Assembly: GCA_040772485.1 (NCBI GenBank)
Contig: JAXGYC010000010.1
Location: 320,001-384,000, forward strand
DNA from: Sedimentisphaerales bacterium
GTDB lineage: Bacteria; Planctomycetota; Phycisphaerae; Sedimentisphaerales; Anaerobacaceae
Direction of reading: 5' to 3'
Length of the DNA stretch: 64,000 nucleotides
Shown here: positions 1 to 10,818 of the stretch, in pieces
How positions within the stretch are numbered: the stretch's first letter is position 1
Layout: every line of letters begins with the position of its first letter
Translations under genes and position numbers: made by a program
Notes under the pieces: generated by a model
Databases searched by the model: none
What the model was told of the DNA's origin: nothing
What the model saw: only the letters and a program-made list of their open reading frames with translations

Positions 1-989
1 GCTGGTTCGGCATTCGGATCGGAAACCACCCCCTCCAGTGTGACCAGCCCAGGAACGGGATGCCCCTCCAAGTCCACCAGGGCGATATCAATCAGGTTTG
101 TCTGCGGCTCGCGTTGGGGCACCAGCAATTCCACGGTAACTGGCGAGCTGGGTGCTCTGACGTTGATGAGTCTGGGCGAAACCTCGATCGACTGCCCCTG
201 GTCCCACGCGGGCGCGTAGACGCGGTACGAACCAGCCGCCACGCTGAATTCACAAGCGCCCTGACCATCGGTCTTCCCGGTGGCGGCCGCCGGCCCCCGC
301 GTGGACTCGACCACGACGGAGTATGCCTGCACAGGCCGATGGTCCAGATCACCCAAGGCCCGGACAGTGACCGTCGTTTCCGGACCCAGGGCCAGAACGA
401 CCTCTCCCGACGCGGCCTTCGGGCTGACGTCCACAAGCACGCCGTGACAGAGAATCCGATGCCGAGCCGCCGAATCCACCACAGTCACCGCGTAGAGACC
501 CGCGTCCAGCCCGGTGCACTCGAAACGACCCGCGTCATCGATCGCGCAGGCCCGCTCGTACCCGGGCCCCTGGACACGAACGCGCAGCATCTCAATCAGT
601 TCCATGCTCTGGACATACGGCGTCCCATCCGGGTGGAGCACCGTGCCTCGAATCGTGCCACCAAGCCTTGAGGCCGGGCCGACATTCGAGGCTGCGCGAA
701 TGGATCGGATCAACTCGGAATCCGCGACGGCGCGCTCCGTATCATCCGGCTCGCGAACGACCGGCTGATTGGTGTCGGCAACACGCGCGACCGGCTCGGA
801 TGATCTCCCATCCCGCCAGGTCGGTACATCGGGAGATGAGACACTGCACGGATCGACAGAGATGACGGCAGGATCGGACTGCGTCGGCTGCCGAGTTCCC
901 CTGGACGAACGGAGAGCAAATATGCCGGCAACAACTGCGGCCAAGGCCACCGCTGCCAGACCAAATGAGATCCTCTGCCGCCTGTTCAC
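1..989 (-). CDS. Membrane-anchored protein with carboxypeptidase-regulatory-like/prealbumin-fold beta-sandwich repeats (3' end runs off window; absent from ORF track)
   Basis: Manual translation: GTG at 989 after GAGGA RBS gives MNRRQRISFGLAAVALAAVVAGIFAL (TM anchor), GTIRGTVLHPDGTP, DDAGRFECTGLDAGLYAVTV, TDGQGACEFSVAAGSYRV, VDLEGHPVPG; frame open to window edge. Confidence 0.75.
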   Translation of the reverse strand, partial: MNRRQRISFGLAAVALAAVVAGIFALRSSRGTRQPTQSDPAVISVDPCSVSSPDVPTWRDGRSSEPVARVADTNQPVVREPDDTERAVADSELIRSIRAASNVGPASRLGGTIRGTVLHPDGTPYVQSMELIEMLRVRVQGPGYERACAIDDAGRFECTGLDAGLYAVTVVDSAARHRILCHGVLVDVSPKAASGEVVLALGPETTVTVRALGDLDHRPVQAYSVVVESTRGPAAATGKTDGQGACEFSVAAGSYRVYAPAWDQGQSIEVSPRLINVRAPSSPVTVELLVPQREPQTNLIDIALVDLEGHPVPGLVTLEGVVSDPNAEP

Positions 990-1157
990 TGATTGTCCTC
1001 AACATCCACCACCCCAGTCTCCAGTTCGGCCCCTACGCCGGGGCGGGCCAGATCTGAAGTCGCTTGAACAATCCACACCTTCCCTATACTATCAGAACCG
1101 AACTGATTCATCAAAGGCACGCCATCGGGGCGCAGTGGAAGACAACGCATTCCGGCC

Positions 1158-2006
1158 ATGGAGCGGCTGAAGGTGAACGCACAAGTCCGGCACAAATCGA
1201 ATCGCTCATGGCGGGATCGCCTGTTCGAGATCATCTTCGAGGCGGACACCCCCGCCGGCAAGTGGTTCGACATCGCGCTGATCGTCGTGATCCTGCTCAG
1301 CGTTCTGGTGGTCATGCTCGACAGTGTCGCGTCCATTCGAGCTGCCTATGGCCGCTGGCTCTACGGTCTCGAATGGCTCTTCACGATCCTCTTCACCATC
1401 GAGTACGTTCTGCGCCTGCTCTGCGTCGGCAAGCCGGTTCGCTATGCGGTGAGTTTCTTCGGCATCGTGGACCTGATGGCAATCCTGCCGACGTATCTGA
1501 GCCTGGTGGTGTTCGGCAGCCGCTATCTGGCGGTCGTCCGCATCCTCCGCGTGCTGCGTGTCTTTCGAATCCTCAAGCTCGGCCATCACACGAAAGAGGC
1601 GCGCATCCTCAAGGCCGCCTTCTACGCCAGCAGGCGAAGAATTCTCGTGTTCCTCAGCTTCGTGCTGACGCTGGTCGTGATCATCGGCTCGCTGATGTAC
1701 GTGATCGAAGGCTCCGCCAACAGCGGTTTTTCCAGCATCCCCCAGAGCGTATACTGGGCGATCGTAACTCTGACGACAGTCGGGTACGGCGACATCTCCC
1801 CTCAGACACCTCTGGGCCAGTTCCTCGCGTCGCTCGTGATGATCCTGGGCTATTCGATCATCGCAGTCCCGGCGGGCATCGTCACGGTCGAGTGGTCGCG
1901 AGCGAGCATGCGGCAACCGCCCAACACTCAGGCCTGCCCCAACTGCAGCGCCGAGGGCCACGACATGGATGCCAGGCACTGCAAGTTCTGCGGCGCCAGG
2001 CTCTGA
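1158..2006 (+). CDS. Voltage-gated-type potassium channel (ion transporter) with C-terminal Zn ribbon
   Basis: TTVGYGD selectivity filter, S4 segment RILRVLRVFRILK, C-terminal CPNC...CKFC. Confidence 0.92.
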   Translation: MERLKVNAQVRHKSNRSWRDRLFEIIFEADTPAGKWFDIALIVVILLSVLVVMLDSVASIRAAYGRWLYGLEWLFTILFTIEYVLRLLCVGKPVRYAVSFFGIVDLMAILPTYLSLVVFGSRYLAVVRILRVLRVFRILKLGHHTKEARILKAAFYASRRRILVFLSFVLTLVVIIGSLMYVIEGSANSGFSSIPQSVYWAIVTLTTVGYGDISPQTPLGQFLASLVMILGYSIIAVPAGIVTVEWSRASMRQPPNTQACPNCSAEGHDMDARHCKFCGARL

Positions 2007-2191
2007 CGCAGGTCCGGGTGTAGCCCTCAGACCGCATACGCTACCGCCGGAGGCCGACCGTACCGGCTGCGGCACAGCCATTGGGTGTCGCCGGCATCCT
2101 GTTACCACCGCGCGTCGAGATGCCTCTATCATTCGAAGGCCCAGTCAGTTACGATTGACCGCGTGGAATCCAGTGAAGGAGGTTAGTAGAG

Positions 2192-2890
2192 ATGAAATCG
2201 ACAAGACCAGCCGGTACAAAACGATGGGCAACTGTGGTCCCGATGGGCGTCGGGATCGTAATGCTTTTGTGGATAACCACTTGCGCCTCAGCCGGCAATG
2301 GCCCGGGCGTCGCCTTCAAGGTGGGCGTCCAGACCTTCGAAAGCCCCGTGAGCCTGGAGGACACCACGCGGACCCGGTACGAGGTGGAACTGGCCAGTCA
2401 GCTTTTCGCCAACGACCGTCTCGATTTCGCTCTGTCGGTCGGTGGTTCCTCGCTCGGCGAACACAAGGACGCAGATAGTGGCGTCTTCGATGACGACGCC
2501 GTGTGGGAGCTGTACTCGACCGACGAACTGAGCCTGATCGACATCCGGCTGGCCGCCCGGCTGCACCCTCTTGGCCAGGAAGGCCCGATCCGGCCCTACC
2601 TCGGCGCCGGCGTCGGCTACTTCTGGTTCCTCGACTCCTGGAAGGACAGGTACTACGAGACGATCGAGGATCCGGATTTCCCCGGCACATACATCACCTT
2701 CGAGGACCGCGACGAGGACACTGAGACACTGGGAGACGGGTTCTTTCCGTTCGTCATGGCCGGCGTGAACGTGGCGATCCACGATAACGCCGAACTGCTG
2801 TTCGAGTTCCAGTACGACATCGAGAAAGAGGACTCGGGCTTCGACTTCGGCGGTCCGATCTACATGTTCGGGGCGCGCTTCCGCTTCTGA
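2192..2890 (+). CDS. Outer-membrane beta-barrel protein (OmpW/OmpA-like)
   Basis: Signal peptide, PYLGAGVGY strand, alternating C-terminal YMFGARFRF ending in Phe. Confidence 0.75.
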   Translation: MKSTRPAGTKRWATVVPMGVGIVMLLWITTCASAGNGPGVAFKVGVQTFESPVSLEDTTRTRYEVELASQLFANDRLDFALSVGGSSLGEHKDADSGVFDDDAVWELYSTDELSLIDIRLAARLHPLGQEGPIRPYLGAGVGYFWFLDSWKDRYYETIEDPDFPGTYITFEDRDEDTETLGDGFFPFVMAGVNVAIHDNAELLFEFQYDIEKEDSGFDFGGPIYMFGARFRF

Positions 2891-2925
2891 TCCCGAAGCC
2901 CATCGGGGCTGTGGCTGAATGCAAG

Positions 2926-2960
2926 AAGGGCCCGGCCATCCATCGGACGCCGGGCCCTTG
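2926..2960. terminator. Hairpin between convergent genes, probable terminator
   Basis: AAGGGCCCGGC...GCCGGGCCCTT inverted repeat. Confidence 0.6.
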
Positions 2961-2982
2961 TGTTCAATCACAATCCCTGCGA

Positions 2983-3996
2983 TTACTTCTGTGAGGTCTC
3001 GGCGGCGCGGCGTTTGAACGTCGTCTCGCCGCGCGGACTCGAGGCCCGGTAACCACCCGATTCGACCGCGTACTCCTTGACCTTGAAGCTGTCGTTGTCG
3101 ATCTTGCTGTAGATGTGCTCCATCGTCTCTCTGGTCCCATCCGGCCGCAGCATCTCGTGCCGGTTGATGGCGCCGTCGTAGCTTTCAGACCAGGTGCTCT
3201 TCCAGGTCCCGCCCCGGTTGTCGGCGCCGAACTGTATGACCTCGTCACCCGACGGCGCCAGCGCGATCATCCCCCAGTACTCATACCGATCGATCTTCGC
3301 CTCCACGAGCACCGCGTTCCTGTCGAGGGCCCACTTGTACTGTACGTCGATGGCCGTGCCCGCCTCGTCGTCGCGGGCCTGCCATCGGCCGATCATGTAT
3401 TCATACCCATACTGCGCCAGCAGGTCTCCGAGGGTCGTTCGATCGGTCCAGCCGGCGGCCCCGTCGGCAGCCTTCGCCTCTGATGCGTCTGCCTTCTGAC
3501 GCTTGTAGGTCAGCGTCGCCCACGGCTCCGAGGCGCGCGAGCCGCTGCTGTCGATCGGATACGCTGTGGCCTTGAACGTGTCGGCGTCGATCCGGGTGTG
3601 GACGATCTCCATCCTGCGAGTCTCGCCATCCGGTCGCTTCTGCTCCATCCGATGGACGGCGCTGCCGTATTCGTCCCGCCAGGTCCCGGTCCAGGCGCCG
3701 CCCTGGTTGTCGGCCCCGATCTGGACGATCTCCTCCCGATAGGGGATGAACATAATCAGGCCATAGTATTTCATATCGCCGATCTGGGAAGTCGTGACGA
3801 CGGCGTGCCGATCCAGCGCCCACCTCTGCTCGAACGTGATCTTCTGGCCTTCCTCGGTCGTGGCGACCCACTTGCCGATCAGCCAGTCATATCCGCCCTG
3901 GTACACCATATCGCCGAGACTGTCCTGCGCCCCGGCGGGAAACGCCAGGATCCCCGTCAGTGCCGCCGACAACAAAAGGATGCTCTTCGCCTTCAT
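2983..3996 (-). CDS. Secreted protein with two tandem homologous beta-rich (lipocalin/DUF1579-like) domains
   Basis: ATG 3996 after GGAGG; signal peptide MKAKSILLL...AGA-Q; internal repeat LIGKW..WALDRHAV..GADNQGG..RPDGETRRME versus MIGRW..WALDRNAV..GADNRGG..RPDGTRETME. Confidence 0.75.
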   Translation of the reverse strand: MKAKSILLLSAALTGILAFPAGAQDSLGDMVYQGGYDWLIGKWVATTEEGQKITFEQRWALDRHAVVTTSQIGDMKYYGLIMFIPYREEIVQIGADNQGGAWTGTWRDEYGSAVHRMEQKRPDGETRRMEIVHTRIDADTFKATAYPIDSSGSRASEPWATLTYKRQKADASEAKAADGAAGWTDRTTLGDLLAQYGYEYMIGRWQARDDEAGTAIDVQYKWALDRNAVLVEAKIDRYEYWGMIALAPSGDEVIQFGADNRGGTWKSTWSESYDGAINRHEMLRPDGTRETMEHIYSKIDNDSFKVKEYAVESGGYRASSPRGETTFKRRAAETSQK

Positions 3997-4242
3997 AGTG
4001 TCCTCCCTTCTGGAATCCGGATTCTGGTTCGACCACCGCTCGGGCGCCGGTGGCGTTGAAGCCCGTATCGGGAAACGACCCTTGCCCACCAATATAACAA
4101 ACGGCAGCCGCCGTTGCCTTAGAGGACCGTTTTTTTTCTCAGGCAGGTGAGGGGGCAGGAGGCATGGCAGATCGCCCGATCCGGCCAGGGGTGTCTGTTT
4201 TAGGCCGGGAAGGCTTTGGGAACGGGGTGCCGGCCAGTCGGA

Positions 4243-4274
4243 GATGAGGCCGCCTCATGTGAGACGGCCTCATC
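4243..4274. repeat. Near-perfect palindrome downstream of STAS gene
   Basis: GATGAGGCCGCCTCA-TG-TGAGACGGCCTCATC. Confidence 0.55.
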
Positions 4275-4319
4275 CCCCGGCATATCCACCCGGCAAAGGG
4301 GCACATTCGAACCGAGACG

Positions 4320-4664
4320 CTACGGCTGCGCCAGCGCCAGCTCCAACCTCGCCAGCGCGGTGAATCGATCGTCGGCAAACCGCAGCACGTGGGCCAGAGC
4401 AGGCGAGGTGAACGCTTTCCTGAGACCCGGTCGGGACCCGCAGAGCACCAGTTGATGTCCTCGCGACGTCAATGCACCGTGCAACTCCAGAAGCAGGCGG
4501 CAGCTCGATCGGCCGATCCGGTCGATCTGCGAGCAGTCCACCACCACGTCGCAATCCTCTCGCTCGGAGATCATCTCGGCCACGTCGGTCAGTTCCTCGG
4601 CTGTCTGGGGCTCGCCCGGCAGGCTGACAAGGACTACGTTTTCGGACCAGTTTTCCACGCCCAT
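4320..4664 (-). CDS. STAS-domain protein (anti-sigma factor antagonist-like)
   Basis: 114 aa; VVVDCSQIDRIG...LLLELHGAL..RGHQLVLCG STAS pattern; AGGAG RBS. Confidence 0.8.
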   Translation of the reverse strand: MGVENWSENVVLVSLPGEPQTAEELTDVAEMISEREDCDVVVDCSQIDRIGRSSCRLLLELHGALTSRGHQLVLCGSRPGLRKAFTSPALAHVLRFADDRFTALARLELALAQP

Positions 4665-4986
4665 GTCTGCTCTCCTTCATCCGAGATGTCGATCGCGTCG
4701 TCTTCTGCCTGCTCCGGGACGCCGGACGTCCCCCGGCACGGATCGGGGCAGGCGGTCGCGAAGGCAACAGCCATGTCACCACTTCTTCACATCGCCCGCC
4801 CAAGGCCTCCACGATGAGAGTCGTTGACTCAAATGCATAGCCAATCGTCCCTGGATCGAGTCTTTTGCGCCCCGGGACGCCGCGCGGACTGCCGATGGAG
4901 GAAGACCGGGAGGAAAGCCACGAACGAAAACGGCCGGAGGATCGGGGAGCCTCCGGCCGGATGTGTCATACCGTGCCGCGACGCTG

Positions 4987-6780
4987 TCAGGCGGACTTGT
5001 GGTCCAGGAACCCTTCGAGCTTCCGCGCCCGGACCGGGTGCTGAAGCTTGCGGATCGCCTTGGCTTCCACCTGGCGGACGCGCTCGCGCGTGACCTTGAA
5101 AATCCGCCCGACCTCTTCGAGCGTGTAGGTGTAGCCGTCGCCGATGCCGTATCGAAGCTTGATGATTTCCCGCTCGCGGTACGAGAGGGTCTTCAGAACC
5201 ATGTCGATCCGCTCTTTGAGCATCTCCTGCGTCGCCGACGCCACGGGGGAATCGACGTCGTCGTCTTCGATGAAGTCGCCGAAGTACGAGTCCTCGCTGT
5301 CGCCGATGGGCCGGTCGAGGCTGATGGGGTGCTTGGAGATGTTCAGCACCCTTCGCGTCTCCTGCACGGACATGCCGACTTCGTTGGCGATCTCTTCGAT
5401 CGTCGGTTCGCGGCCCAGTTCCTGATGCAGGACTTTGGAGGCGCTGCGAATGCGGCTCATCGTCTCGATCATGTGCACCGGGATACGAATCGTCCGGGCG
5501 TGGTCGGCGATGGCCCGCGTGATCGCCTGGCGAATCCACCAGGTCGCGTACGTGCTGAACTTGTAGCCGCGACGGTACTCGTACTTGTCGACCGCGCGCA
5601 TCAGGCCGGTGTTGCCTTCCTGGATCAGGTCGAGGAAGCTCAGCCCGCGATTACGATACTTCTTCGCGATCGAGACGACCAGTCGAAGGTTGGCGCTGGA
5701 AAGCGTTCGTTTGGCCTCCTCGTACTGGGTGAATACGCGTTCCATCGACCGGAGCTTCTTTTCGAGCAGGTCCGGCGTCTCCAGAACCAGTTCCTGAAGG
5801 CCCGCCAATTCCTGCCGGGCGGCGCTAATGTCGTCGGCGGTCATCACATCGTTGACGCCCGCGGCGATGATCTTCTCAAGCTGACGCATCTTCTCACAGA
5901 CGCCGTGCAGCTTGATCTTCATCGGCTGGATCCGGCTGGTCCGAAGGCTCAGCTCCTCCAGGAGCGTGGCGATCTTGCGCCGATTGCGACGCAGACGCCT
6001 GGCGTCCACCTTGTGCTCGTCACCGTCCGGATTGACGCCGATCTTCTTGAACAGGCCCTGGTTGATGTCGAGAAGCTCCGTCACCGTCTTGAGGTTGGTG
6101 ACCATGCGTTTGCGGATCACCCCTTTGACCGTCAGGGGAGTGGTTCCGGTCTTGATCGTACGATCGAACGACATCGACCCGTCGTAGACCTGCTGGAACA
6201 GCTCCACCGCATTGCGGGCACAATAGTCACACTGGAGCATCTTGCGCCGGAACGCCATGCGGGCGATCTCGATCTTCCGGGCCAGCGAGATCTCATCCTT
6301 GCGCGTCAGCAACGGGATCTGGCCCATCTGCGTCAGGTACATGCGGATCGGATCATCGATCCGGCGGGACGACTCTCCCTCGGTCAGCTCCTTCTCGAGG
6401 GTCTCGTCTTCTTCGTGAGCCTCCTCTTCCTCGGCCACCTCCACCTCCGGAATCTCGGCGTCCTCTTCGAACTCCTCACCGGCCTTGCGGCCCTCCTGCG
6501 CCTCGACGTCGCTTTCGTCGATCAGACGCACCCCCATCTCATCCAGCGTTCCAAGAATCCGTTCGAGCCGGCTGGGGCTGACGGCATCGTCGGGCAGCGA
6601 GTCGTTCATCTCTTCGTAGGTCAGATATCCGCGTTTCTTGCCCTTGGCGATGAGCGTCTTGATCAGTTGCTCGACGTCTTGCGCCTTCGGCTCTTCCGTC
6701 TGTGGCGTGTCGGTCGTTTCAGTGACTTGCGTCTGCTTCATATCTGCCGCCTTCTTGGGTTTCTTCACTTTCTTCGCCAC
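4987..6780 (-). CDS. rpoD: RNA polymerase primary sigma factor RpoD
   Basis: Region 1.1 [75 protein letters not shown] 6780 after GGAG. Confidence 0.97.
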   Translation of the reverse strand: MAKKVKKPKKAADMKQTQVTETTDTPQTEEPKAQDVEQLIKTLIAKGKKRGYLTYEEMNDSLPDDAVSPSRLERILGTLDEMGVRLIDESDVEAQEGRKAGEEFEEDAEIPEVEVAEEEEAHEEDETLEKELTEGESSRRIDDPIRMYLTQMGQIPLLTRKDEISLARKIEIARMAFRRKMLQCDYCARNAVELFQQVYDGSMSFDRTIKTGTTPLTVKGVIRKRMVTNLKTVTELLDINQGLFKKIGVNPDGDEHKVDARRLRRNRRKIATLLEELSLRTSRIQPMKIKLHGVCEKMRQLEKIIAAGVNDVMTADDISAARQELAGLQELVLETPDLLEKKLRSMERVFTQYEEAKRTLSSANLRLVVSIAKKYRNRGLSFLDLIQEGNTGLMRAVDKYEYRRGYKFSTYATWWIRQAITRAIADHARTIRIPVHMIETMSRIRSASKVLHQELGREPTIEEIANEVGMSVQETRRVLNISKHPISLDRPIGDSEDSYFGDFIEDDDVDSPVASATQEMLKERIDMVLKTLSYREREIIKLRYGIGDGYTYTLEEVGRIFKVTRERVRQVEAKAIRKLQHPVRARKLEGFLDHKSA

Positions 6781-6938
6781 AATACCGACTCCACTAAAGC
6801 CAAAGTGCAAACGCCCGAAATCACCACCCGAGTCCGATGACGTCGCCAGTTTCCGTGTCTGAACACCCGAATTCGACTCTGTTACGGCCTATCTTGCGCC
6901 GCAGTTCGCATCCCGCGTCCTTACCGGACGTGACCGGC

Positions 6939-8732
6939 TCACAGCAGGCCCAGGCTATGGGGGTTCTGTCTGGCCCCCGATCCATCCGTCTCGGCAACAC
7001 CGCCGACCTCATTTCCTTCTTGATCGAGTCCGATGGTCTGAGAATCTTTCCGATATCGTCTCAACACCGAGACAGCGTCCGCCAGCCGGGAAGCATAGTT
7101 GCCCTTCTGCTCCCCGGCCGCCTGAAGGGCCACCAACCCCTCCGCCAGTGACACCGACTCAATCCGAGCCAGCAGCCCGGACAAGGAGAAACCGTCGTCC
7201 AATCGCAGCGCATCCAACAGCACCTCCGCAATCTGACGCAGGATCGGGACGTTGAACAGCGACGCGGAGATCTCTTCCTGGCGGCCCTGAAAGAGAGCAG
7301 GTTCGTTCAGAAGCACTTCGAGCACTTCCCGCTGCGCCGCCGCATGGAGGCCCCGGCCCCAGTCGATGGGTTCGGCTTCATTCCGACGATCTCCATCGGA
7401 TTTCATCGTTTTCGAGACCCGGCCCATCCGCCGGCTCAGATCCGCATTGATCTCCCGTGGCGTCAGGCCGATGATCTTCGAGAGCTTGTTGACGATCAGC
7501 CCGCTGTCCAGCACGGGAATGTTGTTCGCCGCCAGCCCCGTTGCCACCGCCTGGAGGAATTCGTTCAGGATCGTCCTGCGGTTCGCGAGCGAGTCGTCAC
7601 CCTCGAAGGCCCTTCGCAGCCGGTCCCACTTGAACTGGAGAACGTCCGTGGCCCCGTCGATGACCCGGTCAAAAGCCTCCTTGCCTGCCACGAGGAGGAA
7701 TTCGCACGGATCCTTGCCTTCAGGAACGAAACCGAGCTTGATGTCGAGCCTCTGCGAAAGGCACACCTCCAGGGCCCGATTGGCCGCCTCCATCCCGGCG
7801 ACGTCGCTGTCGTACACCAGCACGACGCGTTTGGCGTAACGCCGCAGCGTCCGGCCGTGGCCCGTCGTGAAACTCGTGCCCAACGTCGCGACCACGTTGG
7901 CGCAGCCGAACTGATGGGCCATGATCACGTCGGTATAGCCTTCCACCACGACCGCAGTCCCCGTCGAGACAATCTGATGACGGGCCTGTTCAAGACCATA
8001 GAGGGTGTTGCTCTTGTCGAACAGCGGTGTGCTCGGAGAATTGATGTACTTGGCGCCGGCATCGCTGAGCGTGCGGCCGCCAAACCCGATGAAACGCCCC
8101 GTCGCGTCGGTGATCGGAAACATCAGACGGTGGACGAACTTGTCCTGGCCGGCGCCGGCCACCAGACCGCCCTGCTGAAGCAGACGCAACGGGATTCTCG
8201 GGCCCGCCGCCTTCGCCAGCGCGTCGACGGCATTCGGCGCCACACCCAGGTTCCACCGGGCAATGCTTTCGGCGGAAATCTTGCGACAGGCGAGATAATC
8301 CCGCGCGACCTTGCCGCGATCGGGATCGTTGAGACACTGCTGGAAGAACTTCGTCGCCCAGGCGTTGACCCGCGCCAACAGATTCGGGTCCACGTCCGAA
8401 GCCGGATCGCGACGCGGCGGCGCGGCGGATCGGCGAGACTCCAACTGGATGCCGGCGCGTTCGGCCAACCGCTCCACCGCCTGCGGAAACGTCAGGTTCT
8501 CGCGCATCTGGACGAACTTGATCACGTCGCCGCCGGCACCGCAGGCAAAGCATTTGAAGATCTGCTTGGTCGGGCTGACGTTCATGCTCGGCGTGTGGTC
8601 TTCGTGGAACGGACAGAGACCCAGCATCTCCCGACCCTTCCGCTTGAGACTGACGTGTTCGGCCACCACGTCGACAATATCGTTTGCCTGCTGCACGCGG
8701 CTGATCGCCGCGTGGTCGAATATCCCTGCCAT
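6939..8732 (-). CDS. dnaG: DNA primase
   Basis: CPFH...CFAC Zn finger, FGGR, KYINS, TOPRIM VEGYTD and YDSDVAG; upstream of rpoD. Confidence 0.96.
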   Translation of the reverse strand: MAGIFDHAAISRVQQANDIVDVVAEHVSLKRKGREMLGLCPFHEDHTPSMNVSPTKQIFKCFACGAGGDVIKFVQMRENLTFPQAVERLAERAGIQLESRRSAAPPRRDPASDVDPNLLARVNAWATKFFQQCLNDPDRGKVARDYLACRKISAESIARWNLGVAPNAVDALAKAAGPRIPLRLLQQGGLVAGAGQDKFVHRLMFPITDATGRFIGFGGRTLSDAGAKYINSPSTPLFDKSNTLYGLEQARHQIVSTGTAVVVEGYTDVIMAHQFGCANVVATLGTSFTTGHGRTLRRYAKRVVLVYDSDVAGMEAANRALEVCLSQRLDIKLGFVPEGKDPCEFLLVAGKEAFDRVIDGATDVLQFKWDRLRRAFEGDDSLANRRTILNEFLQAVATGLAANNIPVLDSGLIVNKLSKIIGLTPREINADLSRRMGRVSKTMKSDGDRRNEAEPIDWGRGLHAAAQREVLEVLLNEPALFQGRQEEISASLFNVPILRQIAEVLLDALRLDDGFSLSGLLARIESVSLAEGLVALQAAGEQKGNYASRLADAVSVLRRYRKDSQTIGLDQEGNEVGGVAETDGSGARQNPHSLGLL

Positions 8733-9023
8733 CAGTGCCTACGCACGTCCTTCCTGAAGCGCCGCTCTCTATGGAAAATCCTCCCGCCCGTCGAGGCCAC
8801 GGGTAGAGATAAGGGCCTGCCTCAATGGTTCCAGAGGCGTGGCTATTAAATAGGGGCCCAATGCCGTCAAAAGTCAAGTGACGGGCGCCAAACGGCCCTT
8901 TCTATACTGAGAAACGCCATCGAACATGGTTTTAGACACTTAGTCAAACGAGGCATAAGTCCGATATGTGTCAGCCTGGCACGACAGAATGCGCTCCTCC
9001 CATCTGACCTGTCCATCCCACAA

Positions 9024-9812
9024 TCACACGCCGGACTCGGGCGGCAGGCCAAAGAAACGCACGGCGGCCTGGGTGCTCTGCCGGGCGAGCTGATCGACGG
9101 ACAGACCCTTCAGCTCGGCCAGAAACCGGGCGGTGTGCACCATCAGAGCCGGCTCGTTCGGCTTCTGACTGCGGACGGGCTCCGGCGACATATACGGGCA
9201 GTCCGTCTCGATCATCAGCCGATCGACGGGCACCGCCTGGGCCGCCTCACGGGCGGTCTGGGCGTTCTTGAAGGTGACCACGCCGGTGAAAGAAATGTAG
9301 TACCCTCTGTCCAGAAGCTGCCCGGCCTGGTCGGCCGACCCGCTGAAGCAGTGGAAGACCACCCCCTTCAGTCCGTCTCCGCAGCCGTCGAGGATTTCGA
9401 GCGTCTCGGCGAACGCATTGCGAGAATGGATGATGACGGGCAAGTCCAGCTCCTTCGCGATGTCCAGATGATCGGCAAAGGCTCGCTTCTGGTCGGGCTG
9501 TTTCGAGAAGTTGTAGTGGAAGTCCAGGCCGGTCTCACCGATGGCGACGACCTTCTCGCTTCGGGCAAGCTCCTTCAGTTCGCCCACGGCCGCGGCGTCG
9601 GCGTCGTTGGCATCGTGCGGGTGGATCCCCACGGAGGCGTACAGGTTCTCGTGCCGGCCGGCCAGCTCAACCGCCTTTCGGCTGTCCGCCAGGCTCGTCC
9701 CGACCGTGATCCAGGCGGTCACGCCCGCCTGCCGGCTCCGCTCCAGCACCTCCGGCACGTCCTCCGCCAGCGGCTCAAACGTCAAATGACAATGCGTGTC
9801 GATCAAATCCAT
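9024..9812 (-). CDS. tatD: TatD family DNase/hydrolase
   Basis: IDTHCHL, GIHPH, AIGETGLD, HCFSG, ETDCPY. Confidence 0.93.
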   Translation of the reverse strand: MDLIDTHCHLTFEPLAEDVPEVLERSRQAGVTAWITVGTSLADSRKAVELAGRHENLYASVGIHPHDANDADAAAVGELKELARSEKVVAIGETGLDFHYNFSKQPDQKRAFADHLDIAKELDLPVIIHSRNAFAETLEILDGCGDGLKGVVFHCFSGSADQAGQLLDRGYYISFTGVVTFKNAQTAREAAQAVPVDRLMIETDCPYMSPEPVRSQKPNEPALMVHTARFLAELKGLSVDQLARQSTQAAVRFFGLPPESGV

Positions 9813-9917
9813 GCGCCTTACCGCCCCAATTGGCCACAATTAGCATGTCGTCCGGATGCCAGGAGCACCGTTTCCACCGTATCATCTTAGCGGATGAAAG
9901 GCAAAACCGCACCTTCT

Positions 9918-10310
9918 TCATGGCGTGAATGCATCTTCGTAGTGGCGGATTTCGGGGGGGCCGGAATCACCTATGACGATGGTTATGACGTCGAAGCGGC
10001 AGATTCGGTCCTGAATTCGGTGGCAGGCGAGGAAATAGCGGGCGGCGCGTCTGACCCGACGCTTTTTGCCTGGGGTGACCATCGCCTCGGCGGGAGCGAA
10101 CTGCTCGCCGGCACGGGTCTTGACCTCCACGAACACAATGACGCCGTCGGGATCGACCATGACCAGGTCCAGTTCCCCGGTCCGGCAGGAGAAGTTGCGC
10201 GCCAGCGTCTTGAAACCTTTGCCCTTCAGGAACCGCTCGCTTCGCTTCTCGCCCCAGCGGCCGAGTCGGGCCCGATCCGCCAGCAACCTGCGTCTATTGA
10301 ACAACAACAC
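9918..10310 (-). CDS. yraN: YraN family (UPF0102) putative endonuclease
   Basis: LGRWGE, ARNF..GELDLV, VFVEVKTR, RFDVI. Confidence 0.9.
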   Translation of the reverse strand: MLLFNRRRLLADRARLGRWGEKRSERFLKGKGFKTLARNFSCRTGELDLVMVDPDGVIVFVEVKTRAGEQFAPAEAMVTPGKKRRVRRAARYFLACHRIQDRICRFDVITIVIGDSGPPEIRHYEDAFTP

Positions 10311-10373
10311 GTCAGGCTCTCCCGCACTCTCAGGTCTCGCTGTGCGTCTATAAGGCGACCGTCCGCCGCCAAG

Positions 10374-10400
10374 AAAAAAGGCCGCATGTCATTGCGGCCT
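10374..10400 (-). terminator. Intrinsic terminator after rplS
   Basis: Minus strand AGGCCGCA-loop-TGCGGCCT followed by a T run. Confidence 0.75.
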
Positions 10401-10449
10401 CCAGTTGCCAGTCGTTGAGCCGAAAGCCCGCGTCGCGGGCCTGCGGACC

Positions 10450-10818
10450 CTACTTCGAGACGGTATGCTTGCTGTGGCGATGGGCCAGCTTGACCGCCTT
10501 GCCGGTGCGGGTACGCAGGTAGTATAGCTTGGCCCGGCGGGCCTTTCCGCTCCGGATCGGACGGATATCCAACACGTTGGGCGAATGCAGCGGGAACTTC
10601 CGCTCGACGCCCTCGTTGTTCACGATCCGCCGGACCGTGAAGGTCTCGTTGATCCCCCGTCCTTGCCGGGCGATGACCGTACCGGTGAAAATCTGCGTCC
10701 GAACCTTATCGCCTTCCTTGATCCGGCAGTGGACGTCCACCGTATCGCCGATCTCGAAGTGCGGAAGGGTGTTCTTGAGGTTCTTGCTCTCAACGTGATC
10801 GAGTATTTCCGTCTTCAC
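10450..10818 (-). CDS. rplS: 50S ribosomal protein L19
   Basis: GDTVDVH..IKEGDKVRTQIF, ETFTVRR..GVERKFPLHSP, RRAKLYYLR. Confidence 0.97.
   Translation of the reverse strand: MKTEILDHVESKNLKNTLPHFEIGDTVDVHCRIKEGDKVRTQIFTGTVIARQGRGINETFTVRRIVNNEGVERKFPLHSPNVLDIRPIRSGKARRAKLYYLRTRTGKAVKLAHRHSKHTVSK

Noticed and set aside
4963..8849. Long plus-strand ORFs (625 aa, 501 aa)
   Set aside because: Antisense to rpoD and dnaG
9918..10818. rnhB missing between rplS and yraN; cmk missing before ispH-rpsA
   Set aside because: Ordinary gene-order variation; the genes may lie elsewhere
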